Translations under genes and position numbers: made by a program | Assembly: GCA_016235545.1 (NCBI GenBank) | Contig: JACRKB010000032.1 | Location: 190 to 64,189, forward strand | Direction: 5' to 3' | DNA length: 64,000 nt | From: Verrucomicrobiota bacterium | GTDB taxonomy: Bacteria; Verrucomicrobiota; Verrucomicrobiia; Limisphaerales; SXTU01 | Notes under the pieces: model-generated | The model's input: only the letters and a program-made list of their open reading frames with translations | The model's database searches: none | What the model was told of the DNA's origin: nothing | Shown: positions 31,815 through 41,399 of the stretch, one piece after another | Position numbering within the stretch: position 1 is the first letter of the stretch | Layout: each line of letters begins with the position of its first letter

Positions 31815-32903
31815 TTACGGTTTGGGTTGCCTCGATCGCATGAACTCGGCGATCTGCTCGATGGCTTCCCGGGACTCCGGAAGCCCCCGAATCTGGAACA
31901 CGTGGACCATGCCCGGCCAGACTTCGAACCTCACAGGGATCCCGTCCGAACGAGCCTTCTTTGCCACTCGGACACTGTCGTCACGGAGCATTTCGTGCTC
32001 GCCGACCTGAATGAGCAACGGCGGGATGCCGCGGTAGTCGCCAAAAACAGGAGAAGCCAGTGGGTTGCGGGGATCGATCTTGGCCAAGTAGCGGTCCCGG
32101 AACTCGGGCATGGTTCGCGCACTGATAATGGGGTCATGAACGGTTTTCAGGGACTCGCTCGCCAGCGTGAAGTCCGTGGCCGCCGACAGAGCGATTCCTC
32201 CCGCCGGGAGCGGCCGCTTCCGGTCTCGCAGTGCCAGCAGCGTTGCCAAAGTCAGGTTGCCGCCCGCCGAATCCCCGGCGATGAATGTGGCCTTGGCGGG
32301 ACTGGGGCCGGACGGCCCGTTCCCGATCAACCAATCGTGAGCGGCGATACAATCCTCAAGCCCGGCGGGGAAGGGATGCTCCGGCGCGAGCCGGTAGTCG
32401 GGCAGGAGAACGGCACACTTGGCCGCCACCGAGATGTCGGCCGCCAGCGCAAGATAGTTTCCTCCCGACCCCGAGACCCAGCCGCCGCCGTGCAGATAGA
32501 GGAGCCGCAGATCGGGGTTCGCGCCGGGCGCCAGAACCCATTCACACGGAATCTCCCCGACCTTCGAGCGAATGAGCCTGACGCCGTTGATGGTGGGCTC
32601 GCGGCGGGCGCCCATGCCAGCACGCAAGCCTTTGAGATCGAAGTCGGCTGCGCCGAAGGGCGGATTCTTGCGCCGACTTTCAAGGTATGCGACGCCTTCG
32701 GGAGAGACCACCCGCTGCTTGTCTGCCGACCCTTCCGACGACGACGGAATGCTGCCCTTGTCCTTCTTGGAACTTGCAGCAAAAACTGTCTGAGCTGGGA
32801 CTTGCTGAAGAGCCACCTGCGGCTCTGGCAGGTTGTCGGCCGCTACAGACGCGCCGACAGCTACCACGAAGAGGAGCAGCGCGGTGCAAGAACAGCGTTT
32901 CAT
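31815..32903 (-). CDS. Secreted alpha/beta hydrolase (HSL family esterase)
   Basis: Signal peptide, LHGGGW, DYRLAPEHPFPA, GDSAGG, GMVHVFQ. Confidence 0.92.
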   Translation of the reverse strand: MKRCSCTALLLFVVAVGASVAADNLPEPQVALQQVPAQTVFAASSKKDKGSIPSSSEGSADKQRVVSPEGVAYLESRRKNPPFGAADFDLKGLRAGMGARREPTINGVRLIRSKVGEIPCEWVLAPGANPDLRLLYLHGGGWVSGSGGNYLALAADISVAAKCAVLLPDYRLAPEHPFPAGLEDCIAAHDWLIGNGPSGPSPAKATFIAGDSAGGNLTLATLLALRDRKRPLPAGGIALSAATDFTLASESLKTVHDPIISARTMPEFRDRYLAKIDPRNPLASPVFGDYRGIPPLLIQVGEHEMLRDDSVRVAKKARSDGIPVRFEVWPGMVHVFQIRGLPESREAIEQIAEFMRSRQPKP

Positions 32904-33143
32904 CACAAGGCTCCATTTTGGTGATGAGCGGGGTGATGCTCGCATAATTGACAGAAATTTGGTTTTGGAATTCGGAGCGGGTCTTGAACCATTGGAGTTG
33001 CTATCAGCCTACTTCTCCCCGTTGTCCTGCGCGTGGAGCGCGACGAGTGAGAGCACGAAGGACAAGGCGAAAGGGAAGGGTTTCACGCACGAGAATTTGC
33101 CAGCTTGAGGCGGAGTGACAATGCGAAAGTCCATCCCCGATTT

Positions 33144-34493
33144 TCATTCCCGCTTCCGCAAGCAATACAGCTTCGTCAGCGTCCGGATGAGCAGGCGGTC
33201 GCCGGCGATGGCCGGGGTGGCCATGCACATTTCATCGAGGGGGTTCTTGTGGAGCAGTTGGTATTCGGGGCCGGCGGCGAAGACGTAAGTGTCGCCATCT
33301 TCGCTCAGCGCGAAGATCTTTCCGTTCGCCGCCCACGGTGACGCGGTGAAGGCGGTGTTGCCCCCGGGGCGGATGCGTTGCTTGTCGTAAACCGGTCCGC
33401 CGGTGCGCGCGTCGTGGCAGCTCAGGAATCCAAAGTCGAACAGCACATAGAAGTGGTCTCCATAGATGAGCGGCGAAGGATTGTAGGGCGCGGCGACCGG
33501 CTGCGACCATGCGATGAACGCGTTGCTCGTCTCGCCTGGCTTGAGGCTGATGTCGCCGGACGCGCCAGGTTTGATGGCGAACACGGGCCGGGTCTTGTCG
33601 CCCACGTAACCGGAACAGACGTAGAGCAGGCCGAATTTCGAGAACGGGGTGGGGATGACAATCGTGGACATGCCGCCAAGCTCCCAGAGCAGTTTGCCGT
33701 CGAGGTCGTGGGAGCGGACGCGTTTGGTCCCGCAGGTGATGAGTTCGGTGCGCAACTCGTTCTGCCAGACATAGGGCGTGGCCCAGTTGCTTTTCTCGTC
33801 GCGTTCCACGCGCCACAGTTGGCGTCCGGTCTTCGCGTCTAGTGCGACGGCGAAAGATTTTTCGTCGTTGTCATTCACGATGAACACGAGGCCGCCATGG
33901 ACCACGGGCGAGGCAGCCGAGCCCCAGCCGTAACGCGTCTTAACCGGCGGCCAGTTGGTCTGCCAGAGTTTCTTGCCGGCCATGTCGTAGCAGAACAGAC
34001 CCACGTTGCCGAAATAGGCATAGACGCGCTCGCCATCGGTGATGGGCGTTTCGGAGGCGTAGCTGTTCTTGACGTGCAGCCGATTCAGCGGGGCGGCGCG
34101 GTGCGCCTCCTGGCGCCACAGTTCACGCCCGGATTTGAGGTCATGACAGAGGGTCAGCCAGCGATGCGCCGCCGTGGGAATCTCTTTGCGCTCACCACCG
34201 AAATAGAGGCCCTTCTTGGGCGGCTCGACTTCACCTTCGCTTGTCACCGTTGTCACGAACACGCGATCGCCCCAGACGATGGGCGCGGACCAGCCGCGTC
34301 CGGGCACCTCGATCTTCCACGCGACGTTCTCGTTCGTGCTCCAGCGGTCGGGCAGGTCCGGGTTGTCAGCCACGCCCAGGGCACCGGGTCCTCGGAACTG
34401 GGGCCAGTTGCTGACAGCGGCACAAACAGACGCGGCGGATAAAACGAGCTGGAGCCCAATAATGACTCGGCAGACATGGCGCGGGAAACTCAT
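33144..34493 (-). CDS. PQQ-binding-like beta-propeller secreted protein
   Basis: NWPQFRGP, NVAWKIEVPGRGWSAPIVWGDRVF, ALDAKTGRQLW. Confidence 0.88.
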   Translation of the reverse strand: MSFPRHVCRVIIGLQLVLSAASVCAAVSNWPQFRGPGALGVADNPDLPDRWSTNENVAWKIEVPGRGWSAPIVWGDRVFVTTVTSEGEVEPPKKGLYFGGERKEIPTAAHRWLTLCHDLKSGRELWRQEAHRAAPLNRLHVKNSYASETPITDGERVYAYFGNVGLFCYDMAGKKLWQTNWPPVKTRYGWGSAASPVVHGGLVFIVNDNDEKSFAVALDAKTGRQLWRVERDEKSNWATPYVWQNELRTELITCGTKRVRSHDLDGKLLWELGGMSTIVIPTPFSKFGLLYVCSGYVGDKTRPVFAIKPGASGDISLKPGETSNAFIAWSQPVAAPYNPSPLIYGDHFYVLFDFGFLSCHDARTGGPVYDKQRIRPGGNTAFTASPWAANGKIFALSEDGDTYVFAAGPEYQLLHKNPLDEMCMATPAIAGDRLLIRTLTKLYCLRKRE

Positions 34494-34793
34494 GAGCGCA
34501 GTCTTGTGAGGGCACGGCTTGTCAGCAAGCAAAAGAGCCGACGCAAACCTCCGAAAAGATTGATTCACTTGATCCGCTTCAGTGCTGCCCTCAGCCACGC
34601 TTGAACCGCGAAGCGTCCGAATGGCGCGGCCGCCCGCCGCATCGCGGGCGGATGCTCATTCACCACAACCGCTCCGGCCGCACGGCACAGCCGCTCGCCT
34701 CCTCCCCCGCACACGAGGCCGGATGCGGTTCACGTCGGGAGCCTGAGGCGTGATGTTGCTCATCAGGAACTTCCCCCCACCGCGTCCGTTTGA

Positions 34794-34934
34794 TGCCATT
34801 TCGGAATGAGATTCGGTGGAATGGCAATGAACCACGACGTGCGCTGACTCCCTCCCCCTTCCTCGGAGGAAGGGAGAAGGCGCGCGTCGTGGCATCCTGT
34901 TTGCATTCCACCGACCGGCATTGGGAATTGGTAT
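34794..34934. repeat. MITE/REP-like element with imperfect terminal inverted repeats
   Basis: ATGCCATTTCGGAATGAGATTCGGTGGAATG / CATTCCACCGACCGGCATTGGGAATTGGTAT; 34866-34930 aligns ungapped to 52765-52829 (57/65 identical by eye). Confidence 0.7.
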
Positions 34935-35035
34935 GATTCCACCGGGTTTCGGCAGCGCTCAGCCAGTCATCTTCGGCCCGTCTGTCGCAGATATGGCCAG
35001 CCGCGCCGACTTTCCAGAGAGGGACGAGCCACGCG

Positions 35036-36592
35036 TTACCTGCGTGGAGGGGTGCTGATGAAGTTCTCCGCGTCGTCCGGGTTACCGCTGCCCTTGTATT
35101 TCGCCACGTGCGGAAACGGGAAGAGTGGACGGGTGCGAATGACCTTGCCGCTCGCGTCGCGCTTCTCTGCCATGAGCTTCTCCGGTGCCTGGCCTTCCTC
35201 GACCCAGCGGAGGATGGCTTCATTCAAGCCAGTGGGGGTTGCGCCCGCGCCGCGGAAGCCGTGGTCCACGCCGGGCACAAGGAACAGCCGGGCGAACTCG
35301 GCGGTCTTCGCTTCGCCACCCATGCGTTGCTGCAACCGCCGGTAGTAATCAATGCTGCCCGCCGCCGGAATCAGCTGGTCGGCAAGCCCGTGGTAGATGA
35401 TGACCTTGCTGCCGCGGTCACGGAAGCGGGTGAGATCGGGGTCGTCGGTGCCGATCACCGCGCCGTATTGCTCCACGGACTTGGTCCAGAGCTGCTCAAA
35501 GCCCGCGTGGTTCAGCGTGGTCCAATCCCACTTGGCATCTTGCGCCAGAAAGTAGATCCAGTAGTCGAGCGAGATGCTAAACGGCCTGCCCTTGAGCGGC
35601 GAGCCCGTGGTGCCGGCATATGCGAACATGTCCGCACCGCGTTCCAAGCCATGCCACATGAAGCTGCCATCACGCCGGCGCGGGCCTTGCCAAATCTTGC
35701 GGATCACCTCGGCGTCGGGGGCTGTGAACGTCTCCCCGCCCACCTTGGTGCCCACCAGTGCCTGCGGGTCGTAGGCGCAACGAAGCGGATCGTCGATGAC
35801 CCCGTCCTTCACGCCGTCATCCGTGTCGCTGGCGGCGATGGCAGCGGCGGTGGCAGCGTCCAGTTTTGCCTTCGACACGAAGTTCGACGTGGAGAGCATG
35901 ACCACCTCGGGCCAGAGGCCCGCGGGCACGAAGCGCTGCCAGTTGATCGCGGGGCAGGCGGAGAGAATGCCATCGTAGTCCTCAGGGAAGCGTTGCGCCT
36001 CCATCAGGCCCTGACGTCCGCCTGTCGAGCCGCCGACGAAATACGAGTAGCGCGGAGCCTTGCCGTAAAACGCCTTGGTGACCGCCTTGCCCACCACGGT
36101 CATCTCGTGGATGCCGAGATAGGCGTTGTCAATGATGCCCTGCCAGTTCTGCCGCCCGGTCGCGTCGAGCGCGAAACTCCCGCTGCCCCCCTCGTGCCCG
36201 GTGTCCGTCGCCCCGGCCGAAAAGCCCCGGGCCACCGGGCCGCGCACGCTGCCGGGGTTCCCCCCGACGAAGCCGCCGCCGCCCGTGCCTTGAAAGCGCC
36301 CGTTCCAGTTCGTCAACGGCAGCCCGACCCAGACCTTGATGCGGTTGGTCGCCGGTGGATGCGTGACGATGGCGGTCACGAGACAGGTGTTGAGCTTCTC
36401 ATCCACCACCACCGACTCGATCGTGGTGTTCGGCAGCAACAGCCGCTTGAGGGCTTCCGGGGCGCATACCGGTGCCAGCCCCGGATACAGCCGTGATTCT
36501 GCGGCGGGCGCAGCCGTCAGAGCGTTCGCGACCAAGAGCACGGACAGGAGTCGGCGGATTCGAAGGCAAGTCAGGCAGCGTGGGAGGTTCAT
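35036..36592 (-). CDS. Tannase/feruloyl esterase family alpha/beta hydrolase, secreted
   Basis: NWNGRFQGTGGGG, TDTGH, GGSTGGRQG, PEDYDGI, YHGLADQLI, RLFLVPGVDH, WVEEGQAP, RTRPL. Confidence 0.92.
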   Translation of the reverse strand: MNLPRCLTCLRIRRLLSVLLVANALTAAPAAESRLYPGLAPVCAPEALKRLLLPNTTIESVVVDEKLNTCLVTAIVTHPPATNRIKVWVGLPLTNWNGRFQGTGGGGFVGGNPGSVRGPVARGFSAGATDTGHEGGSGSFALDATGRQNWQGIIDNAYLGIHEMTVVGKAVTKAFYGKAPRYSYFVGGSTGGRQGLMEAQRFPEDYDGILSACPAINWQRFVPAGLWPEVVMLSTSNFVSKAKLDAATAAAIAASDTDDGVKDGVIDDPLRCAYDPQALVGTKVGGETFTAPDAEVIRKIWQGPRRRDGSFMWHGLERGADMFAYAGTTGSPLKGRPFSISLDYWIYFLAQDAKWDWTTLNHAGFEQLWTKSVEQYGAVIGTDDPDLTRFRDRGSKVIIYHGLADQLIPAAGSIDYYRRLQQRMGGEAKTAEFARLFLVPGVDHGFRGAGATPTGLNEAILRWVEEGQAPEKLMAEKRDASGKVIRTRPLFPFPHVAKYKGSGNPDDAENFISTPPRR

Positions 36593-36825
36593 AGTTCAGA
36601 GGCGTGTTACTGGAACTTGAGCGCGATGACAACTGCCGTGTTGCTGGTGTTGCTGGAGCAGTCCGCACACGGCGTCAATCGAGTGACAGTGGGCGGAGAC
36701 TTACTCACTCCGCGCTCTCTTGGCCGCAATTGCTTCTCTTTGCGTTTTTTGCGGCCATTCCATTTCAGAGTTCGGGCTAAAGAAGCGCGCTTGTTTGCCG
36801 ATGATCCCCGGGCGACGCGCACTGC

Positions 36826-38793
36826 ATGTCTCACGCCCCACAAGCCCCACTTGCGCGCCCGCCTGACGGCGGCGCTTCCGTCCCGGCTTCGGAGCCGACA
36901 CAGGGCGGTGCGCCCTTCCGTTCCACGGAGGCGTTCTACCATGTGATGGTGGACAACCTGCCGCACTTCGTGTTCCGCAAGGATCCGCAGGGCCACTTCA
37001 CCTACGCCAACCAGCTCCTGTGCGAAAACCTCGGAAGAGACCTGGAAGAACTGCTCGGCAAGACGGACTACGACCTGTTTCCGCCGGAATTGGCGAAGAG
37101 ATACCAGGACGGCGACCAGCGCGTCATGGGCTCGGGCCAGAAACTTCAGGCCACAGAGGAATACCGCCTGCCCGATGGCACCCAGCGCTTCATCGAATCC
37201 ATCAAAGTGCCACTCTTCGACCCCTATGGGCGCGTCGTGGGTGTGCAAGGCGTCTTCTGGGATGTCACCGAGCACAAGCAAGCCGAGGAGTCCATCCGCG
37301 AGCAGGCCGAACTGCTCAATCTCGCCGGAGACGCCATCATTGTGCGCGATTCCCGGGGCCACACAGCCTTCTGGAACCGGGGTGCCGAGCGCCTCTACGG
37401 CTGTAGCGCCACCGAGGCCAAGGGCCAGCCCACAGCCGCACTCACCGGCGGGGATGCGGACAAGCTCATGGAGATCGAACTCAGTCTCCAGACCCGCGGC
37501 GAGTGGAGCGGGGAGCTTAAACAGAAGTCCCGCTCCGGCACCGAGCTGACCGTGATGAGCCGCTGGACGCTCGTGCGCGACGCGCAGGGCCAGCCCAAGT
37601 CCGCACTCATCATCAACACCGACCTCACCGAGCGCAAACGCCTCGAAGCGCAATTCCTCCGCGCACAACGCATGGAAGGCGTCGGCACCCTGGCCAGCGG
37701 ACTCGCGCATGACCTCAACAACATCCTAGCCCCCATCATCATCGCCGTCCCCCTGCTGCGCTGCAAACTCACCGAGGGCGAAGCCAACGAGATCGTCACC
37801 ACCATCGAGAGCAGCGCCCAACGCGGAGCCAGCATCATCCGCCAGCTCCTCACCTTTGGCCGAGGCGTCGAAGGCGAGCGCATCCCAGTCACCGTCCGCT
37901 ACCTCATCCAGGACACCATGAAGATCGCCCGCGAGACCTTCCCGCGGAGCATCCGCCTGCGCGCCCTCCTCCCCGACGACCTCTGGTCCGTCCTGGGCGA
38001 CCCCACCCAGATTCATCAAGTCCTCCTCAACCTCGCCGTCAACGCCCGGGACGCCATGCCCGCCGGCGGGGAACTCTGCTTCGTCGCGCAGAACCTCGTG
38101 CTGGACGAGCAATACGCCGCGATGAACATCAAGGCAAAACCCCTCCCCCATGTCCTCATCCGCGTGCAAGACACCGGCTCCGGCATCCCCCGCGAGTTGC
38201 GCGACAAGATTTTCGACCCCTTCTTCACCACCAAAGAGGTGGGCAAAGGCACCGGGCTGGGACTCTCCACAGTCGTTGGCATCGTCAAATCCCACGGCGG
38301 TTTCATCGAACTCGACACCGAGCTGGGGCGAGGCACCGCCTTCAGCATCTACCTCCCCGCCCTGCCAGACGCGCAGCCCATCGAGGGCATCGTGGACATC
38401 CTCCCCTCACCCAACGGCTCCGGCGAGTCCATTCTCGTCGTGGACGACGAGGAAAGCGTGCGCGACACGACACGCAAGATGCTCGAACGCCACGGCTACC
38501 GGGTGCATACGGCAGGTGAAGGCTCCCAAGCCCTCGCCCTCTTCTCCACGCGCCTGGGAGAAATCAGCCTCGTCATCACCGACGTGGACATGCCCGTGAT
38601 GGACGGCCTGGCCCTCGTGCGCGTCCTGCGCAAGATGTCACCCGACCTCCAGATCATCGCCTCCACCGGCCTCAGCACCGACCAACGCATCGGAACCCTG
38701 CGTGACCTAGGCATCCAACAACCCCTCTTCAAGCCCTACACCGCAGATGAACTGCTCCAAGCCGTCCACGCAGCACTGCACAAGGCCGGGTAG
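36826..38793 (+). CDS. Cytoplasmic hybrid sensor kinase PAS-PAS-HisKA-HATPase-REC
   Basis: AHDLNNIL H-box, NLAVNARDAM, DTGSGI, FFTTKEVGKGTGLGL, C-terminal ILVVDDE...ITDVDMP. Confidence 0.93.
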   Translation: MSHAPQAPLARPPDGGASVPASEPTQGGAPFRSTEAFYHVMVDNLPHFVFRKDPQGHFTYANQLLCENLGRDLEELLGKTDYDLFPPELAKRYQDGDQRVMGSGQKLQATEEYRLPDGTQRFIESIKVPLFDPYGRVVGVQGVFWDVTEHKQAEESIREQAELLNLAGDAIIVRDSRGHTAFWNRGAERLYGCSATEAKGQPTAALTGGDADKLMEIELSLQTRGEWSGELKQKSRSGTELTVMSRWTLVRDAQGQPKSALIINTDLTERKRLEAQFLRAQRMEGVGTLASGLAHDLNNILAPIIIAVPLLRCKLTEGEANEIVTTIESSAQRGASIIRQLLTFGRGVEGERIPVTVRYLIQDTMKIARETFPRSIRLRALLPDDLWSVLGDPTQIHQVLLNLAVNARDAMPAGGELCFVAQNLVLDEQYAAMNIKAKPLPHVLIRVQDTGSGIPRELRDKIFDPFFTTKEVGKGTGLGLSTVVGIVKSHGGFIELDTELGRGTAFSIYLPALPDAQPIEGIVDILPSPNGSGESILVVDDEESVRDTTRKMLERHGYRVHTAGEGSQALALFSTRLGEISLVITDVDMPVMDGLALVRVLRKMSPDLQIIASTGLSTDQRIGTLRDLGIQQPLFKPYTADELLQAVHAALHKAG

Positions 38794-38814
38794 TGGAAGG
38801 ACTCAGCAGCAGGA

Positions 38815-39212
38815 AAAGAGGAGTCAGCAGCCAGAAGTCAGAAGTCAGAAGTCAGAATGGGGAGTGACGAGGCCCGACACTGTTGCTCTCCTCCCTCGGT
38901 CTCCTGTCTTCTGTATTCTGGCTCCTTTCTTCTGACTTCTGGCCTCTCTACCAGTAGTCGCAGGCTTTAGCCTGCGCGCGGTGAGGGGAGAGATGGGACA
39001 TACGACCCCGAGTGGCCAAGCCCTGAAAGGGCGGCAAAAAAAATGTTCCGCCCCTTCAGGGCGGCGAGGCTTCGTTCCTTTTACCCAGGGCGTTGCCCTG
39101 GGCTGTTATGTGGAAGGCCTTCAGCCTGTGACTTCGGAACCCGGGATGAGGGATGCAGTTGGAGCTGCCAGCCCTTCATCCCTCATACTTCATCGCTCAT
39201 ACTTCATCCCTC
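38815..39212. repeat. Cluster of three repeat families between convergent genes
   Basis: (AGAAGTC)n / TTCTGAC-type arms at 38830-38945; REP-like GCCCTGAAAGGGC..GCCCCTTCAGGGC..CCCAGGGCGTTGCCCTGGG at 39019-39105; (TCATACT/TCATCCC)n at 39143-39212. Confidence 0.75.
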
Positions 39213-39219
39213 CCCCCTC

Positions 39220-40152
39220 TCACGAGCCAAACGCCTTCAAGTCCGCCTCCGCTGCCTCAAGCTCCTGCTCCGTGTCCAGCTCCAGCCCATGCACAGGGTC
39301 GAATTGCAGCAGCAGCGCCCACTCCGGCAGCTCGTCGTAGGGCGTGGTGATCACTCGCTCGCCCCCGATGCCTTCGCTGGCCATGTGCGCGAGCGCGTCC
39401 GCGAAACCCACGACGGCTGCGAGGAACCCGTGGTCTCCACCGTCCATTTTCAGCAGGCGCTGGTCCGTCGGGTCGTGATGAAACCACACGGCGGCGCGCA
39501 CGTGGGGATGGACTTGCAGGCAGTGGCAGAGCGCCGCGCCGACCTGGGTGTGGTCGAGGCCGAGGATTTCGCGCTCGGCGATGAAGTGACCTCGCTTGGC
39601 CATCCACGCGCGTTGGAGGATGCCCTCAAATTCCCGGGGGAAGTGGTGTTCGATGAGCAGCTTGCCGGAGTCGTGCAGCAGACCGGCCAGGTATTCCATG
39701 CCGCTGGACTGGCGGAACGCGCGGGCAATCTGGTCGCAGAGCCGGGCGACCAGCAGGCTGTGCAGCCAGAAGCGCTGCCAGTCCACCTTCACGCGCAGAT
39801 GATTGAAGCGCTCCATCACGCCCAGCGACGTGGCCAGTCGGCGGATCTCCTGCGTGCCCAGCCGCAGCCCGGCGTCGGGGATGCTGCGCACCACGCCGCG
39901 TCCGTAACGCGATGTGGAGGCGGCGCGAAGGCAGTTGGCGGCCAGCCCCGGCTCCTTGCTGATGAGGTCCGTGAGTTCATCCATGCCCACGTCATCATCC
40001 TGCGCCAGCCGCGTCAACTTGAGCACGGCGGCGGAGAAGGAGGGAAAACTTCCGCCCGTGGCGAAGACATCGAGCAGCCGGTCCCGCGCCCAGAGCTGCG
40101 AGGGGCGGGAGACTTGGAGGTAGGAGGCGAGTGAGAGGGCAGGCGGTGGCAT
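39220..40152 (-). CDS. HDOD domain protein
   Basis: ISKEPGLAANCLRAAS, FWLHSLLVA, AGLLHDSGKL, EREILGLDHTQVG, FHHDP; start trimmed to ATG 40152. Confidence 0.88.
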   Translation of the reverse strand: MPPPALSLASYLQVSRPSQLWARDRLLDVFATGGSFPSFSAAVLKLTRLAQDDDVGMDELTDLISKEPGLAANCLRAASTSRYGRGVVRSIPDAGLRLGTQEIRRLATSLGVMERFNHLRVKVDWQRFWLHSLLVARLCDQIARAFRQSSGMEYLAGLLHDSGKLLIEHHFPREFEGILQRAWMAKRGHFIAEREILGLDHTQVGAALCHCLQVHPHVRAAVWFHHDPTDQRLLKMDGGDHGFLAAVVGFADALAHMASEGIGGERVITTPYDELPEWALLLQFDPVHGLELDTEQELEAAEADLKAFGS

Positions 40153-40160
40153 GACGGGGG

Positions 40161-40252
40161 GAAGTATGAGGTATGAAGTATGAATGATGAAGGATGAACG
40201 GTGAGTGTTCAGCAACGCCGCATTCATCCTTCATACTTCATACTTCATAATT
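40161..40252. repeat. Heptamer tandem inverted-repeat hairpin
   Basis: GAAGTATGAGGTATGAAGTATGAATGATGAAGGATGAA / TTCATCCTTCATACTTCATACTTCATAATT. Confidence 0.8.
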
Positions 40253-40265
40253 TTCCCGATTTGCA

Positions 40266-41399
40266 TCACGCCTCGACATAGATGGGTTCCTTCACGCCGG
40301 AGAGCGCGGCGAAGTTGCGCAGCCGTTCCAGCAGGCTGGGTGTGATACGGTTCCCGGCGGCGAGGATGAGCAAGCCCCCGGTCGTGGTGACATCCGAGAC
40401 GAGCACATGGCCGGGCTTCAATTCTTTGAAGGTGATGCTCGCGGTCGGCTTTGCTGCGCCCGCGCCCAGCACGGCGGCGACGGCATCCAGCATCTCCGGG
40501 TCGTAGCGTCCGGCGCGCGTGCGCAACTGCGCGATGGAATCGAGGCGGGAGTTGCCACGGGCTTCCAGTTGCGCCATGTCCACGAGCACTTTCAAAAGGC
40601 GCGCGCCGTCGGGAATCTGCTTGCCCCCCGGAGCGTCCAGAGGGAAGCCCGCGCCGTCAAAATGCTTGCTCTGGAACAACACAATCCGCGCGACCGGCTC
40701 CAGTCTCGGTATGTGCGCGAGCAAGTTGCTCCCCGCCTCCGGCACGCGGCGCACCATCGTCTCCTCCGCCGCCGAGAGCGCCGATCCAAGGCGCGCACGC
40801 ACGGCCACTTCCGCCGGGAGCGTGACCTGACCGAGGCCGTGGAGCATGGCGGCCATCTCAAGTTCCCAGACATTGGGCAGCTTCAATGCCTCTGCCACGG
40901 CGCGCATCTGCTCGCGAAGCACCTGCCCGCGCCCGAATGTCTCCGGGTCCAGCAATGAGAGGATTTCGGTGAGCGCGCGCACGCTGCCGTTGAGCGTGTG
41001 CTCCAGCAGCTCGCGCTCGGCGGTGATGAGACGGTGCTGCTCCAGCGCGGCGGTCAGCGTGGTGGCGAGCCGGTCCGGCGGGCAAGGCTTGGTGAGGAAG
41101 CGGAAGATGTTTCCCTCGTTCACGGCATCCATTGCGGTCTGCTGGTCGGCGTTGCCGGTGAGCATCACGCGCACTGTGTCTGGCCAGCGCTGCCTCACGC
41201 GTTGCAAGAGTTGGAGGCCGGTCAGCCCCGGCATCCTCATGTCCGAGACGATGACGGCAAAGGGGCCGCCCTTCTCCAGCAACGCGAGCGCCGGCTCGCC
41301 GCCCTCGGCAGTCTCGATTTGGAACTGGCGGCGCAGGCCGCGCTGAAAGCCGGCCAGGACATTCGCCTCGTCATCCACGCATAGGATTTTTTCAGTCAC
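40266..41399 (-). CDS. Response regulator REC plus degenerate HD-GYP-like domain
   Basis: ILCVDDE, VSDMRMPG, FLTKP; LHGLGQ in place of LHDIGK and QSKHFDGAGFP in place of HHERxDGxGYP. Confidence 0.85.
   Translation of the reverse strand: MTEKILCVDDEANVLAGFQRGLRRQFQIETAEGGEPALALLEKGGPFAVIVSDMRMPGLTGLQLLQRVRQRWPDTVRVMLTGNADQQTAMDAVNEGNIFRFLTKPCPPDRLATTLTAALEQHRLITAERELLEHTLNGSVRALTEILSLLDPETFGRGQVLREQMRAVAEALKLPNVWELEMAAMLHGLGQVTLPAEVAVRARLGSALSAAEETMVRRVPEAGSNLLAHIPRLEPVARIVLFQSKHFDGAGFPLDAPGGKQIPDGARLLKVLVDMAQLEARGNSRLDSIAQLRTRAGRYDPEMLDAVAAVLGAGAAKPTASITFKELKPGHVLVSDVTTTGGLLILAAGNRITPSLLERLRNFAALSGVKEPIYVEA

Noticed and set aside
38815-40252. Short repeat arrays as a possible CRISPR
   Set aside because: Units are 7-8 nt tandem or inverted repeats without unique spacers; no cas genes
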